NCBI GenBank assembly: GCA_027494055.1 | Contig: JAOSJO010000001.1 | Location: 847,005-911,004 of the forward strand | Origin: Anaerolineae bacterium | GTDB taxonomy: Bacteria > Chloroflexota > Anaerolineae > Aggregatilineales > JAFGMM01 | Reading direction: 5' to 3' | DNA: 64,000 bases | In this document: positions 10,107-22,339 of the stretch, one piece after another | Layout of the letters: each line of letters begins with the position of its first letter | Numbering within the stretch: the first letter of the stretch is position 1 | Position numbers and translations under genes: made by a program | Notes under the pieces: generated by a model | Database searches by the model: none | What the model was told of the DNA's origin: nothing | Seen by the model: only the letters and a program-made list of their open reading frames with translations

Positions 10107-12155
10107 TTATTGATGATCCAACAATCGCAGCCGCTCGAACGCCGGGATCGCGTCGTCGGCCTGCGCCTCCTTGAGCACGAACGCCTGCCGCAACTCGATG
10201 ACCTGGTCGCGCAGCACGGCGGCCTTCTCGAACTCCAGCGCCTTCGCGGCTTCCTTCATCTGCTTCTCAAGCTCTCTGATCAGGTGGTGCAACTCGTCCT
10301 TGGGCAGTTGCTCCGGCCTGAGCGGGGCGGCCTCGGCTTCGGCCTTCTCGCGCGCGATCTGACCGAGCCGGTCGGTGAGGTCGCGCACCTGCTTGACCAC
10401 AGTCGCCGGCTCGATGCCGTGTTCGGTGTTGTACGCCACCTGGATCGCGCGGCGGCGCTCGGTCTCGTCGATGGCGCGGCGCATCGAGTCGGTGAGGTTG
10501 TCGGCGTACATGATGACCTGCCCCTCGACGTGGCGCGCGGCGCGGCCAATGGTCTGGATGAGCGCCTGTTCGGAGCGCAGGAAGCCCTCCTTGTCGGCGT
10601 CGAGGATGGCGACCAGCGAGACCTCCGGGAGGTCCAGGCCCTCGCGCAGCAGGTTGATGCCCACCACCACATCGTAAACGCCGAGGCGCAGGTCGCGCAG
10701 GATGTCGATGCGCTCCAGCGTGGCGACCTCGGCGTGGAGGTAGTGCGCGTGGATGCCCATCTCCAGCAGGTAATCGGCGAGGTCCTCAGCCATGCGTTGC
10801 GTGAGCGTGGTGACCAGCGCGCGCTGCCCTCTGCTGGTCCGCCCCTTGATCTCGCCGAGCAGGTCCTCGATCTGGCCGGCGACCGGGCGCACGCTCACCA
10901 TCGGGTCCACGACGCCGGTGGGCCGGATGATCTGCTGCGCCACCTGGCTGGCGCGCTCCATCTCGTATGGGCCGGGCGTGGCGGAGGTGTAGAGCACCTG
11001 GTTCATGCGCGCCTCGAACTCCCCGAAGTTGAGCGGGCGGTTGTCCATCGCGCTCGGCAGGCGGAAGCCGTACTCGACCAGGACTTCCTTCCGGCTGCGG
11101 TCGCCGCCGTACATGCCCCTGATCTGCGGGATCGTCATGTGGCTCTCGTCGATCACGAGCAGGAAGTCGGCGGGGAAGTAATCGACGAGCGTCCACGGCG
11201 GGCTGCCGGGCGGGCGCTGGTCCAGGTGGCGGCTGTAGTTCTCGATGCCGCTGACAAACCCGACCTCGCGCAGCATCTCCAGGTCGTACATCACGCGCTG
11301 TTCGAGGCGCTGCGCCTCCAGCAGCTTGTCCTGCGCCTTGAGTTCGCGCAGGCGCGCGAAAAGCTCTTCTTCGATGTCGGTGATCGCGGTGCGCAGTTTC
11401 TCTTCCTCGGTGATGAAGTGCCGCGCCGGGAAGATCTGCACGCTCTCCATATCGACCAGCACCTCGCCAGTGAGGGGGTCGAACTCGGTGATGCGCTCCA
11501 CCTCGTCGCCGAACATGGCGATGCGTATCGCGGTCTCGCCGTAGGCCGGCGCGATCTCCAGCGTGTCGCCGCGCACGCGGAAGGTGCCGCGCTTGAGGTC
11601 CAGGTCGTTGCGCGCGTAGTGGATGTCGATCAGGTGGCGCAGGATCACGTCGCGGCGGATCGCCTGGCCGCGCGCCAGCTCCATGATGACCTTGCCATAC
11701 GCCTGCGGGTTGCCGATGCCGTAGATGCACGAGACCGAGGCGACGATGACGACATCCCGCCGGCTCATGAGCGCGGCGGTCGCCGCCAGGCGCAGGCGCT
11801 CGATCTCCTCGTTGATGTCGGTCTCTTTCTCGATGTAAAGGTCCTTGCGCGGGATGTAGGCTTCGGGCTGGTAGTAGTCGTAGTAGCTGACGAAGTACTC
11901 GACCGCGTTGTTGGGGAAGAACTCGCGGAACTCGGAGTAGAGCTGCGCCGCGAGCGTCTTGTTGTGCGCCATGATGAGCGTCGGGCGCTGTGTCTGCGCG
12001 ATCACGTTGGCGATGGTGAAGGTCTTGCCTGTGCCGGTCGCGCCGAGCAACACCTGGTGCTTCATGCCCTCGTGGACGCCGCGCACCAGGTCGGTGATGG
12101 CCTGGGGCTGGTCGCCAGTGGGCTGGAAGTCGCTGGTGAGTTGAAAGGGGGGCAC
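10107..12155 (-). CDS. uvrB: excinuclease ABC subunit B
   Basis: Intact 682-aa ORF with GTG start and GGAGG RBS. It has Walker [10 protein letters not shown], the helicase motif [11 protein letters not shown] and a C-terminal UVR motif [16 protein letters not shown]. Confidence 0.95.
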   Translation of the reverse strand: MPPFQLTSDFQPTGDQPQAITDLVRGVHEGMKHQVLLGATGTGKTFTIANVIAQTQRPTLIMAHNKTLAAQLYSEFREFFPNNAVEYFVSYYDYYQPEAYIPRKDLYIEKETDINEEIERLRLAATAALMSRRDVVIVASVSCIYGIGNPQAYGKVIMELARGQAIRRDVILRHLIDIHYARNDLDLKRGTFRVRGDTLEIAPAYGETAIRIAMFGDEVERITEFDPLTGEVLVDMESVQIFPARHFITEEEKLRTAITDIEEELFARLRELKAQDKLLEAQRLEQRVMYDLEMLREVGFVSGIENYSRHLDQRPPGSPPWTLVDYFPADFLLVIDESHMTIPQIRGMYGGDRSRKEVLVEYGFRLPSAMDNRPLNFGEFEARMNQVLYTSATPGPYEMERASQVAQQIIRPTGVVDPMVSVRPVAGQIEDLLGEIKGRTSRGQRALVTTLTQRMAEDLADYLLEMGIHAHYLHAEVATLERIDILRDLRLGVYDVVVGINLLREGLDLPEVSLVAILDADKEGFLRSEQALIQTIGRAARHVEGQVIMYADNLTDSMRRAIDETERRRAIQVAYNTEHGIEPATVVKQVRDLTDRLGQIAREKAEAEAAPLRPEQLPKDELHHLIRELEKQMKEAAKALEFEKAAVLRDQVIELRQAFVLKEAQADDAIPAFERLRLLDHQ

Positions 12156-12203
12156 GGTTGCGCCTCCTTCCGTGGATTTGCACTAGAACTGCCGTTCGAC
12201 TAG

Positions 12204-13398
<1,195 letters not shown>

Positions 13399-13402
<4 letters not shown>

Positions 13403-16015
13403 AACACGCCCGGCAGCGACGCCCCCACCCGCATCTGCAGGTTCTCCAGCGCGCGGAAGACCCCATCGCGCACCGCTGGCTCCCGGTCGCGCAGCGCGAG
13501 ATACAGCGGCTTGAGCGCCGGCACGTAGCCGATCTTGCCCAGCGTGTCGGCGGCGGCCCCGCGGATGTTCGGCTCGCCCTGTTGTAGCGCGCGGATCAGC
13601 ACCTGGTTGGCGGCCTCGCCGGGGGCACGCCCTCGCCGCGCGCGGCGGCCCAGCTCACCAGCCAGAGCATCTGGTCGGTGGGCGGGTAGCGCCGCAGGCC
13701 GATCGCCTGCGGGTCGCGCGCCTGCGTGAAGGCCTCCTCGGCGGCGGAGCGGACGTACCACTGCGCGTCCTCCAGCATGAGGCGGTAGAGCGCGGCCAGC
13801 GCCCAGGGCGCTTTGATGCGCCGCAGCCCAAACGCCGCCGCGCGCCGCAGCATCATGTCTTCGTCGTCCGCCGCGTCGCGGATGATGCTGTGCCCCTCGG
13901 TGGGGATTGCCGCCAGCGCCTCGGCGGCGGCGCGGCGCACCTGCTCCTCGCCCTGGACCAGCCCGCGCACCATGATCTCCATCGCGCGCTCGCTGCCGAT
14001 AGCGCCCAGTGCGAGCGCCGCCGCCAGTTGCACGTCGCGCGCGTCGTCGGCCAGCATCGACGCCAGGTCCTTGATGGCTTCGGTCGAGCCGAGCGCCCCC
14101 AGCCCCAGGCACGCCAGCGTGCGCACCCGCGCGTCCTCGACGCGGAGCGCCTGCCGGAAGATGTACAGCGTGTTCGGGTCGCGCGCGGAGACCAGCGCCG
14201 CGAGCGCGCGCTCGCGCACCGCCGGGAACTGCGTCGGCGCCATGAGCGCGCGCGAGAGCCGCTTGAAGACCTCGCCGCGCCACCGCGCCGTGCCTTCGGG
14301 CGCGTCGGGCAGCCAGCGCGCAACCTCAAAGAGGTTCGTGTACAGCAGGTCAGGCTGCGCCGAGAGCACCTCGACCACGGCCCTGTCCACGCTGGTCCGC
14401 GCGGCCAGGAAGGGGAAGGCGTCGCGCCATGCGGGCCGGCCGAGCAGGTCCGCCGGGTCGCGCGCCTCGTCCCTGGCGATGCACTCGGCGGCCAGGTAGT
14501 TGCATATCAGCCCGTGCCGGAAGGCGACGACGCCGTCGGCGTAGGCGGCCATCAGGCGGTGCCTGCCGGCCAGGTCGCGGAGCAGGTCATCGACGTTGAT
14601 GGGCGGCTTTCCGTCCGCGCCGGCCAGTTGCCCGGTCAGGTAGGCCTGGAGCTGCGTGCGGGGCAGCCCAAAGCCGCCCTCGTCGAGCACGTGTGCCGCC
14701 GCCATCTCAACCGCGTCCCGTGCGCTGTCGGGCAGGTCGGCGCCAAGCTGCCGGCGCAGATAGGCGCCGTACCAGCCGAGCCGGCCGGCCTCAGTCTCGT
14801 CGTCGGCGAAGGTCGCCCATATCTTGAGCGTGAGGTCGAGCGGCGTGCGCGCGCGGGTGTTGGCGGCTGCCCGCTGCAAGGTGCGGTCGTCCGGCGTGGG
14901 CGCGAGGCGCTTCCGACCGCCCCCCGCCATCGCCGGCCACGCGGTGGCCCACTTATCGACCGCCGTCCGCATATCGTGGTCGGTCCAGGGCCGCAGGAAG
15001 ACCGGCGTGAAGCCCAGGTCGAGCAGGGGGCCGTACCCCTCGGCAGGGCCGACGACGTAGATCAGGTTGTCTGGATAGGCGGCAACGAAGCGGCGCAACC
15101 ACTGGAGTTTCTGCGCGCGCAACGCGGCGGAGAGTTCATCGAAGCCGTCCACCAGGACCAGCGCCCGCCCGGCGGCGACGCTCCGGTATACGAAGCGCGG
15201 GATGGTGCGCTGTGTCACCGGGCCGACGCGGCGCTGGATCGCGCGCACGAGCAATTCAGCGGGGTCAACCGTCTCGCCGACGACTTCCGGGTCCAGGGGG
15301 AGGTCAGCGGCGTGGATGAGCATGGGCGTCAGCGCCCGCCAGTCGGCCCCTTCGACTGCCGTCCCCGCCTCTTCGTCGCCGCCCGTGCGCAGCTCGCGCA
15401 GCCGCGCCAGCGCCCGCGCTTCGATTTCCTTGCGCCGCTGCCGGAGCCTCGCGGCCTCTTCGTCGTCCGCGCCCGCGGCTTCTTTCGCGGCGGCGTCCAC
15501 CGCGTCGGCGATGTCTTCCATCGTCTCGAAGGTCAGCTCGCCCAGGGCGTTGAGCGCAATCACGGCGAGCGCCGTCGTCTTCCCGATGCCCGGTATCCCC
15601 AGGATTGCAAGGTGGCGCGCGCCGGCGGCCAGCTCATCGACGGCGATGGTCTCCAGGTTGAACGGCGCGTAGCCGAACGGCACGTCGTGATGTTGCGGCA
15701 CCACGTCGAGGACGCTGCCGCGCTCCTCCTCTTCGAGCGTGGGGTCGGGCAGGTGCGGCGCGGGCAGGAAGCGCGGCTCGACGACGATCTCGGTCAGCGC
15801 GACCCGGTCCCCGCCAGGTGCATCGTCTGGCAGTCGGTGATGAGGTCCCGCCGGTAGCGCGCGTCGGCGCTGCGCGTGGCATACCGGCGCACCGCGCCCA
15901 CGCGCTCCTTGGTGGCGCGGCGCAGCATGATAAGCCGCTCGCGCACCGGGAGGATGATGGCAGCCAGCAGGCCGATGATGATGCCGATGACAAATGAGAC
16001 AACGTCAAAAACCAT
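13399..16015 (-). CDS. membrane-anchored NACHT-type STAND NTPase with C-terminal HEAT repeats (two frame breaks)
   Basis: N-terminal TM helix MVFDVVSFVIGIIIGLLAAIIL (15794..16015), Walker A GIPGIGKTT and Walker B LVLVDGFDEL. HEAT/PBS-lyase-like repeats (..ALGSTEAIKDLASML..ALGAIGSERAMEIMV..) continue into fragment 13399... Breaks are at 15809-15812 and 13620-13624. Confidence 0.7.
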
Positions 16016-16042
16016 GCGCGTCCCCCTGGACCTGCGCGGTTT

Positions 16043-16754
16043 CTACGATTCAGCCGCAACCAGGATGCGGCCACATCCGCTGCATTTCACCAGTACGTCG
16101 CCGCGCCGCACCCGCTGTGCGGCGGCGCTGTTTTGCGTCACGCCGCAGCGGCTGCACGCCCCGTCGGCGTTGAGCACCGCCACAGGGTGGCCCTGCGTCC
16201 GCGCCCACAGTGCGTCGTAGGCCGCCTGGCTCTCCGCGTCGAGCGCGCCCCACACGGTCGCCCTTGCGGCGGCGTATGACGCCAGCTCCGCTTCGAGCGT
16301 CTGCTGCTCGGTTTGCAGGCTTGTCTGGTCGGCGGCCCAGCGCTGCTTCGTCTTTTTCCAGGCGCGCGGCGGCCTTCTTCCGCGCGGCGGTTTGTTCCTC
16401 GACTTGGATCATGACTTCGAGGAGCTGGTCTTCCAGCGCGGCGCGCCGCCGCTTCAGCGAGGCGACCTCGCTCTGCATGTCCTGTAGCTCTTTCGGGTTT
16501 GTCACCGCGCCGCTGTAGAGCCGGTCCTCGGCGGTCCTGGCCTTGGTCTCAAGCGTCTTGATTTCGAGTTCGAGGTCGGTGTGGCGCGTCTGCAGGGGGC
16601 GGAGGTCGGCTTCGATCTTGGCGAGCTGGGCCTGGGCTTTCTGAACCGGGCGCTCGTCGCCGAGGGCGCCGTTGACGTCGCTCAGGCGCGCCTTTTTTGC
16701 GCCGATCTCCAGATCGAGGGATTGCAGCTCGTAAAGCGCATTGGCTTTGCCCAT
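16043..16754 (-). CDS. COG1579-type coiled-coil protein with C-terminal C4 zinc ribbon (frame break at 16353-16357)
   Basis: MGKANALYELQSLDLEIGAKKARL.. is a long coiled coil. The C-terminal fragment 16043..16255 carries CSRCGV...KCSGCGRIL. Removing one base from the A5 run joins them as ..RLEKTKQRWAADQ... Confidence 0.7.
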
Positions 16755-16832
16755 GTTTCCCCGGATTCCCCAATTCAACCTTTAGGATTATACTACAGTC
16801 GATTCTATCGCAACAGGCAAGGCAGGGACCCG

Positions 16833-18516
16833 ATGCTGCGCGATACCAACTCTCCGCATATCACCCCCTGAGGAGTGGCGCTGGGTCATCATTGTCAGTT
16901 GGTTGCTTGTCACATTGACGTTGCTGCCGCTGGCCTGGGCGCTTGCCAGCAACGCCGAACTGCCGGATGTGCAGTTCATGGGTCTGCTCTCCAACCCGCA
17001 GGACGGCCTGACCTACCTCGCCAAGATGGAGCAGGGCTACCAGGGCGAGTGGCTCTACAACCTGGCGCACACGCCGGAACCGCATAATGGGGCGGCCATC
17101 TTTCTGTTCTACCTTTTCCTGGGCCACCTCGCCCGGCTCACAAGCCTGCCGCCGCTGATTATCTTCCACGTCGTGCGCGTGCTGGCGGGGCTGTTCATGT
17201 ACTTTGCCCTCTACCAGCTTGGCGCTGCGGTGTGGACGCGCGTCCGCTCCCGGCGGACGTTCTTCATCCTGGTAGGGGTCGGCTCCGGCATGGGGTGGCT
17301 GGCGGTGGCGCTCGACCCGACCGCGCTTGACACCACGACGAACCGCCTGCTGCCGGACCTGACCATCCCGGAGGCCTTTCCGTTATACGCCGCGTACACA
17401 AACCCGCACTTTCCCTTCGCCATCGGTCTCCTGGCGCTCATCGTCTCGATCTACATCGAGGTCTTCCGCCCCGGCAAGCACGAAGAGCCAACCGTCTACA
17501 ATGAAGGGCTGTTCCTCACGGTTGCCAGCCTGCTGCTCGCCGTGGTGATGCCCCAGGCGATCATACCCATCGGCGTCGCGCTGGCCGTGTATCTCGTGGT
17601 GCGCATGGTCCGCGAGCGCAGAGCGCCGCTGTACGAGGCGTCCTGGGCGGTGCCGCTCTGGTTTCCGGCGGCCCCCTTTGCCATCTACTACCTGGTGGTG
17701 ACGCAGATCAACCCCGCCTTTGCCGCCTGGAACGCGCAGAACGTCACGCCGTCGCCGCCGCCGCAGTACTACCTGGCCGGCTACGGGCTGCTCCTGGTGC
17801 TCGCGCTGCCAGGGATCGCGCGCGCGGTGCGCCGCTTCGAGCCGGACGGCGACCAGTTGATGGTCGTGTGGCTCGCCGTCAATGCGGCGCTGCTCTACGT
17901 GCCGACGAACTACCAGCGGCGGCTGACCGTTGGCCTCCTCATCCCCCTGGTGTACTTCGCCGTGCGTGGGACCGAGGATTACTGGCGCAATCTCGTGCCG
18001 CCGCGCCTCATGCGGCCCGCTATAATTCTTGCGTTCGTGCTGCTCATCCCCAGCAACGTGCTCGCGATGGGCGTTTCGCTGCTGGGCACGGTGACGGACA
18101 AAGAAGCAGGCCTCGACAACAACCTGTTGCTTGAAACCGACTACGCGAATCTCCTCATCTGGATGCGCGTGGTTGTCCCCCAGGAGGTCAGCGAGCGCCC
18201 CACGGTCGTGCTGGCGTCGCCGGACTACAGCATGTTCGTCGCGGGGTGGAGCGGGCGGCGCGTGGTCTACGGCCATCCCTACGAGACCATCGACGCGGAA
18301 CACAAGCGGCAGCGGGTGCTGGACTTTTACAACGGCCTTGACTGCGATCTGCTTGAGGGCGAATCGTGGCAGGACACGCGCTGGCGGGTTGATTACGTCG
18401 TGGTCGGTCCGCGCGAACGCGCGCTGGGGGAGGGCGCTGACGCCGGCGCCTGCGTTGAGGGCCTCGGCGCGCCGCTGATGACCTTCGGCGATGTGGCGCT
18501 CTATCGCATTCATTAG
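16833..18516 (+). CDS. GT-C-fold membrane glycosyltransferase-like protein, ArnT/PMT-like (type A)
   Basis: Polytopic membrane protein with a first-loop motif DGLTYLAKMEQG resembling the ArnT DExRYAEIxREM loop. The ORF-track start is TTG 16903. ATG 16833 becomes in frame if the C5 run at 16864-16868 is C4. Confidence 0.55.
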
Positions 18517-20700
18517 CCGGCAGCCGGGCGCAGCGACTATCGCCGGCCTCGCGGTCGGCGTCGCGCTCTTCCTGGTGGCCGTCGGGCTGACTCCCGGCGC
18601 GCTCCCCTATCCCCCCGACGCGCTTTACTCGGACGCGGCCATCACCCACTGGCCCTACGCGCTCTACCTGCACCGGACCGGCTTTGCGCTGTGGTACCCG
18701 CGCATCATGGGCGGCATCCCCTTCCTTGCCAACCCGCTCACCAAGGCGTGGTACCCGCCGCAGTGGGCGGCGCTCATCCTGGAACCGGCGCTGCACCTCA
18801 ACCTGATGATCTGGCTGCACCTGGCGCTGGCCGGCGCGGGCCTGTGGACCTGGGCGCGCGCGTCTGAAATGGCGGCGTGGCCGGCGGCGCTGGCGGCGGT
18901 CGCGTACACCTTCGCGCCCAAAGTCATCGCACACCTGGGCGCGGGCCACCTGGACATCGTCTATGCGATGGCTTGGTTTCCGTGGCTGCTGTGGGCCGTC
19001 CGCCGGGCGTGCGACCCCGGCGCGGGCCGCACCCCCGCGAGCCTCCGCCTGGGCGTGGTTGCCGCGCTGCTCTTCCTGGCGGACATCCGCGTCAGCGCGT
19101 TCGCCTTCGTGACGGCGGGCGCGTATGGGTTGTGGCTGCTCTGGCGTCGGCGCGCACCAGCGCGGCGCGCGGCCCCCTGCTGGGCGGCGGCGTCGCGGCG
19201 CTGGCGCTGACGGCGGTCCAGTGGGCGCCGCTGGCGGCGCTCGGCCCGTACCTGTCGCGCGGCGCGCTCACGCAGGCGGACGCGGCCCTGTTCTCGCTCG
19301 AACCGGGCCACCTGCTGGGGATGGCGCTCGCCGACCACGGCGGCTTTCACGAATCGATGACCTACGCCGGCCTTGCCGTGCTCGTCCTTGCCGTTGTCGG
19401 GCTGCTTGCGCACCCGCGCCGGCTCGGTTTCTGGGCGGCGGCGGTCGCGCTCGCGGCGCTGTATGCGCTGGGCGACAACGGCCCGCTGTGGCCGCTGCTG
19501 GCGGGCGTGTTCCCGCCGCTGCGCTGGCTGCGGGTGCCCTCGCGGGCGTGGTTCGTGATTGCGCTCGCCCTGCCCTACATGGCCGGGTGGGGCGCGCACG
19601 CGCTCGCGGCGGGGTGGCGGGGTGGGAGCCGGGCGCGGCTGGCCGTGGCGAGCCTGCTCGGCGGGGGCGTCGTGTGCGGCGGGGCGGGCGCGCTCATGTT
19701 GAGCGGGCAGCTCGGCGCGGAAACCACGCTCGCGGCGCTGGCCGTGGCGCTCGCGGTGGCGGGTGTCGTCGCGCTGGCGCTGGCCGGGAAGCTCAGCCGT
19801 CGCGCCGTCGCGCCGCTCCTGCTCGTGATTGCACTCGCCGACCTGCTCTGGCTCGACCGCACGCTCGTCGAAGGGCGTGGGCGCGATTACTGGCTCGACC
19901 CTTACGCGGACCTGGCCGGGTACCTGGTTGACGCCGGCGCGAGCCGCGTCTACACGCCGTCGGACTCGCTGCCGCAGCCGGTGGCGGCCTACTGGGAGAT
20001 CAACCTGTTCGGCGGCGTGGACCCGTTTCAGATCGCCGCGTACCAGGCGATGGCGTGCCGGGCGACCCGCATCCCCTGCGCGGGCTACGCACCGACCATC
20101 CCGCCCTACACCGGCGCGGGACCGGTCGAGACGATGTGGGCCGGCGTCACGCCGGACGCGGAACGCATGGCGCAGTGGCACGTGACGCACACGGTCTCGG
20201 CCTTCCCGATTGAGTCGGAGGGCTGGGCGCTCGACCGGCGCATCGGCGACGTGTACGTGTACCGCAACACTGTGCAACCAGCGGGAACGATGTGGCCGCT
20301 GCGCGGGCTGCCGGCCGGCGCGGCAGCCTCGGAGGTTGCGCTGGGCGAGGCTGACGCCGCGCCAGAGGCGGGCGCGCAATTTTCCGTGAGCGTGCCCTGG
20401 CTGCCGGGATGGCGCGCCCGCGCGGAGTTGGGCGCGGCGGTGGACGTGCAGCCGGGGCCTGACGCGCTGACCTATGTCCGCGCGACGGGCGCGGACGGCG
20501 ACGCTGCGTCGCCGTCCCTCACGCTGGATTACGCGCCCGCCGCTGAGTACGCCGGCGTCGCGATCTCGGCGGCGGCGCTCATTGTGTGTGCGGCCCTGTG
20601 GTGGCGGCGGCCTCGGTTCGGCCGGCGCGGCGCGCAGGGACAGACCTCTCCTGAGGCCTCTACCGGGGCATCTACTGAGGCGTTTACCGAGGAGCGATGA
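18491..20700 (+). CDS. YfhO-family membrane protein (GT-C-like; type B), frame break near 19150
   Basis: Fragments 18491..19210 and 18877..20700 are contiguous. Motifs ..IMGGIPFLANPLTKAWYPPQW.. and ..AWFPWLLWAV.. are present, with many TM helices and a C-terminal extracytoplasmic domain. Confidence 0.65.
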
Positions 20701-22339
20701 CGGTGCAAATCGCGCGCGGGGAGTGGCGCAATGCGCTGATCTGGGCGGCGGTGCTGATGGCGCTGACCAGCGTCCCCTATCTCGTGAACGCCGCCGCGCA
20801 GACCGACGCCTGGCGCTTCGGCGGGAGCGTGCTCGGCGTGACCGACGGCAACAGCTACCTCGCCAAGATGCGCCAGGGTGCGGGCGGCGCGTGGCTGTTC
20901 CACGACGTGTACACCACCGAACCGCACGACAGCGCGCTCCTGTTCCTGCCGTATATCGTGTTGGGCAAGGTCGCCGCCCTCTTTGCCGACCCCGGCGCGC
21001 CGGAGATCGTGGACGCGATGGTCGTGGTCTTTCACGTCGCACGGGTCGTTTTCGGCGTCCTCCTCATCCTGGTGACGTACCGCTTCGCCGCCGCCTTCCT
21101 CCCCACGCCGGCGACGCGCATGGCCGCGACCGCCGTCATCACGGCGGGCGGTGGGCTGGGCTGGTTGCTGAGCCTGGCCGGCCTGGGCGATGCGTTCGGC
21201 TCCCAGCCGGTTGACCTCTACGTGCCGGAGGGCTACACCTTCCTGATTCTGTATCACCTGCCGCACCTGGCGCTCTCGCGCAGTCTGATGCTCACCGGCC
21301 TGCTGCTGCTCTTCTCAGAGGCAGGGTCGCCCGCCCGCGCGCTCCTGGCCGGCCTGTGCTGGGTTGGGATGGGCCTGTGCGTGCCGTTCTACATCGCCGT
21401 GCTGTACGCGATTCTGGGCGTGTGGGGTCTGGGCGTGTGGCTCAAGCGCCGCCGCTTCCCTGGGCGCTGTTCTGGCGCGCCGCCGCCGGCGCGCTGGTGA
21501 CGCTGCCGCTCCTGCTCTACACCGCCTATCACTTCGCCACGAACCCGGTGTTCGCGGCGTGGTCGGCGCAGAACGTGCTCATTTCGCCGCACCCTTTCCA
21601 CTACCTCGCGGGTTACATCGTGCTCATCGTGCCCGCGCTCTGGGGCCTGCGCTGGGCGTGGCGGCGAGGGCGCACGCGCGACCTGCTGCTCGTGTCCTGG
21701 GTCGTCGCTGCGCCGGTCCTGGTCTACCTGCCGGTGAACGTGCAGCGCCGCCTCGCTGAAGGCGTCTTCGTGCCGCTGGGCGTCCTGGCCGTGGCCGGGC
21801 TACGCCTCCTGGCCCCGCAGATGGCGCGATGGCTGCGCGCGCGCCGGCTGCGCCTGGGCCGGCGGCGCACCTGGAGCCTGGCGCTCGGCGTTACCCTGGC
21901 GCTGATCCTGCCCACCTCGCTCCTCGTGGTGGCCGGGGGCGCGGCGCTGGCGGCGCGCCCTGCGTGGCCCGCCTTCCACCCGGCGGGGGAGATCGCCGCG
22001 ATGGACTGGCTGGGCGCTCACGCGCGGCCGGGGGCGGTCGTGCTCTCCGCGTTCGGGACCGGGAACTACCTCCCCGCGCGGGCCGACGTGCGCGTGTACC
22101 TCGGCCACGGCCCGGAGACGCTGGACGCCGACGCGAAGCGCGGCGTGGTCGAGGCCTTCTTCGCCGGCGCGCTGGATGCGGAGTCGCGCGCCGCGCTCTA
22201 TGCGGCGCACGGCATCGACTACGTGTTCTACGGGCCGCAGGAGGGCGCGACGCCGGGCGCGCCCCTGCCGGGTTGGGCGGCTGACCTTCGCCTGGCCTAC
22301 CAGGCGGACGGCTATTCCATCTTTGAGGTCGCGCGATGA
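20697..22339 (+). CDS. GT-C-fold membrane glycosyltransferase-like protein, paralog of 16833..18516 (type A'), frame break near 21455-21462
   Basis: Shares DGNSYLAKMRQG, NPVFAAWSAQNV..YLAGY and YLPVNVQRRL with the type A gene. Its ATG overlaps the upstream stop (ATGA at 20697-20700). Confidence 0.6.

Noticed and set aside
10110-12203. 697-aa plus-strand ORF
   Set aside because: It is exactly antisense to the intact uvrB. The composition is low-complexity and rich in R, G, A, L, V and D, typical of shadow ORFs in GC-rich DNA, and no motifs are recognisable.
13890-15857. 655-aa plus-strand ORF, and similar long ORFs such as 18961..21042 (-) and 22959..24392 (-)
   Set aside because: All lie opposite genes with clear family motifs (NACHT, YfhO) and translate to Arg/Pro/Gly-rich nonsense. 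They are GC-driven open frames.
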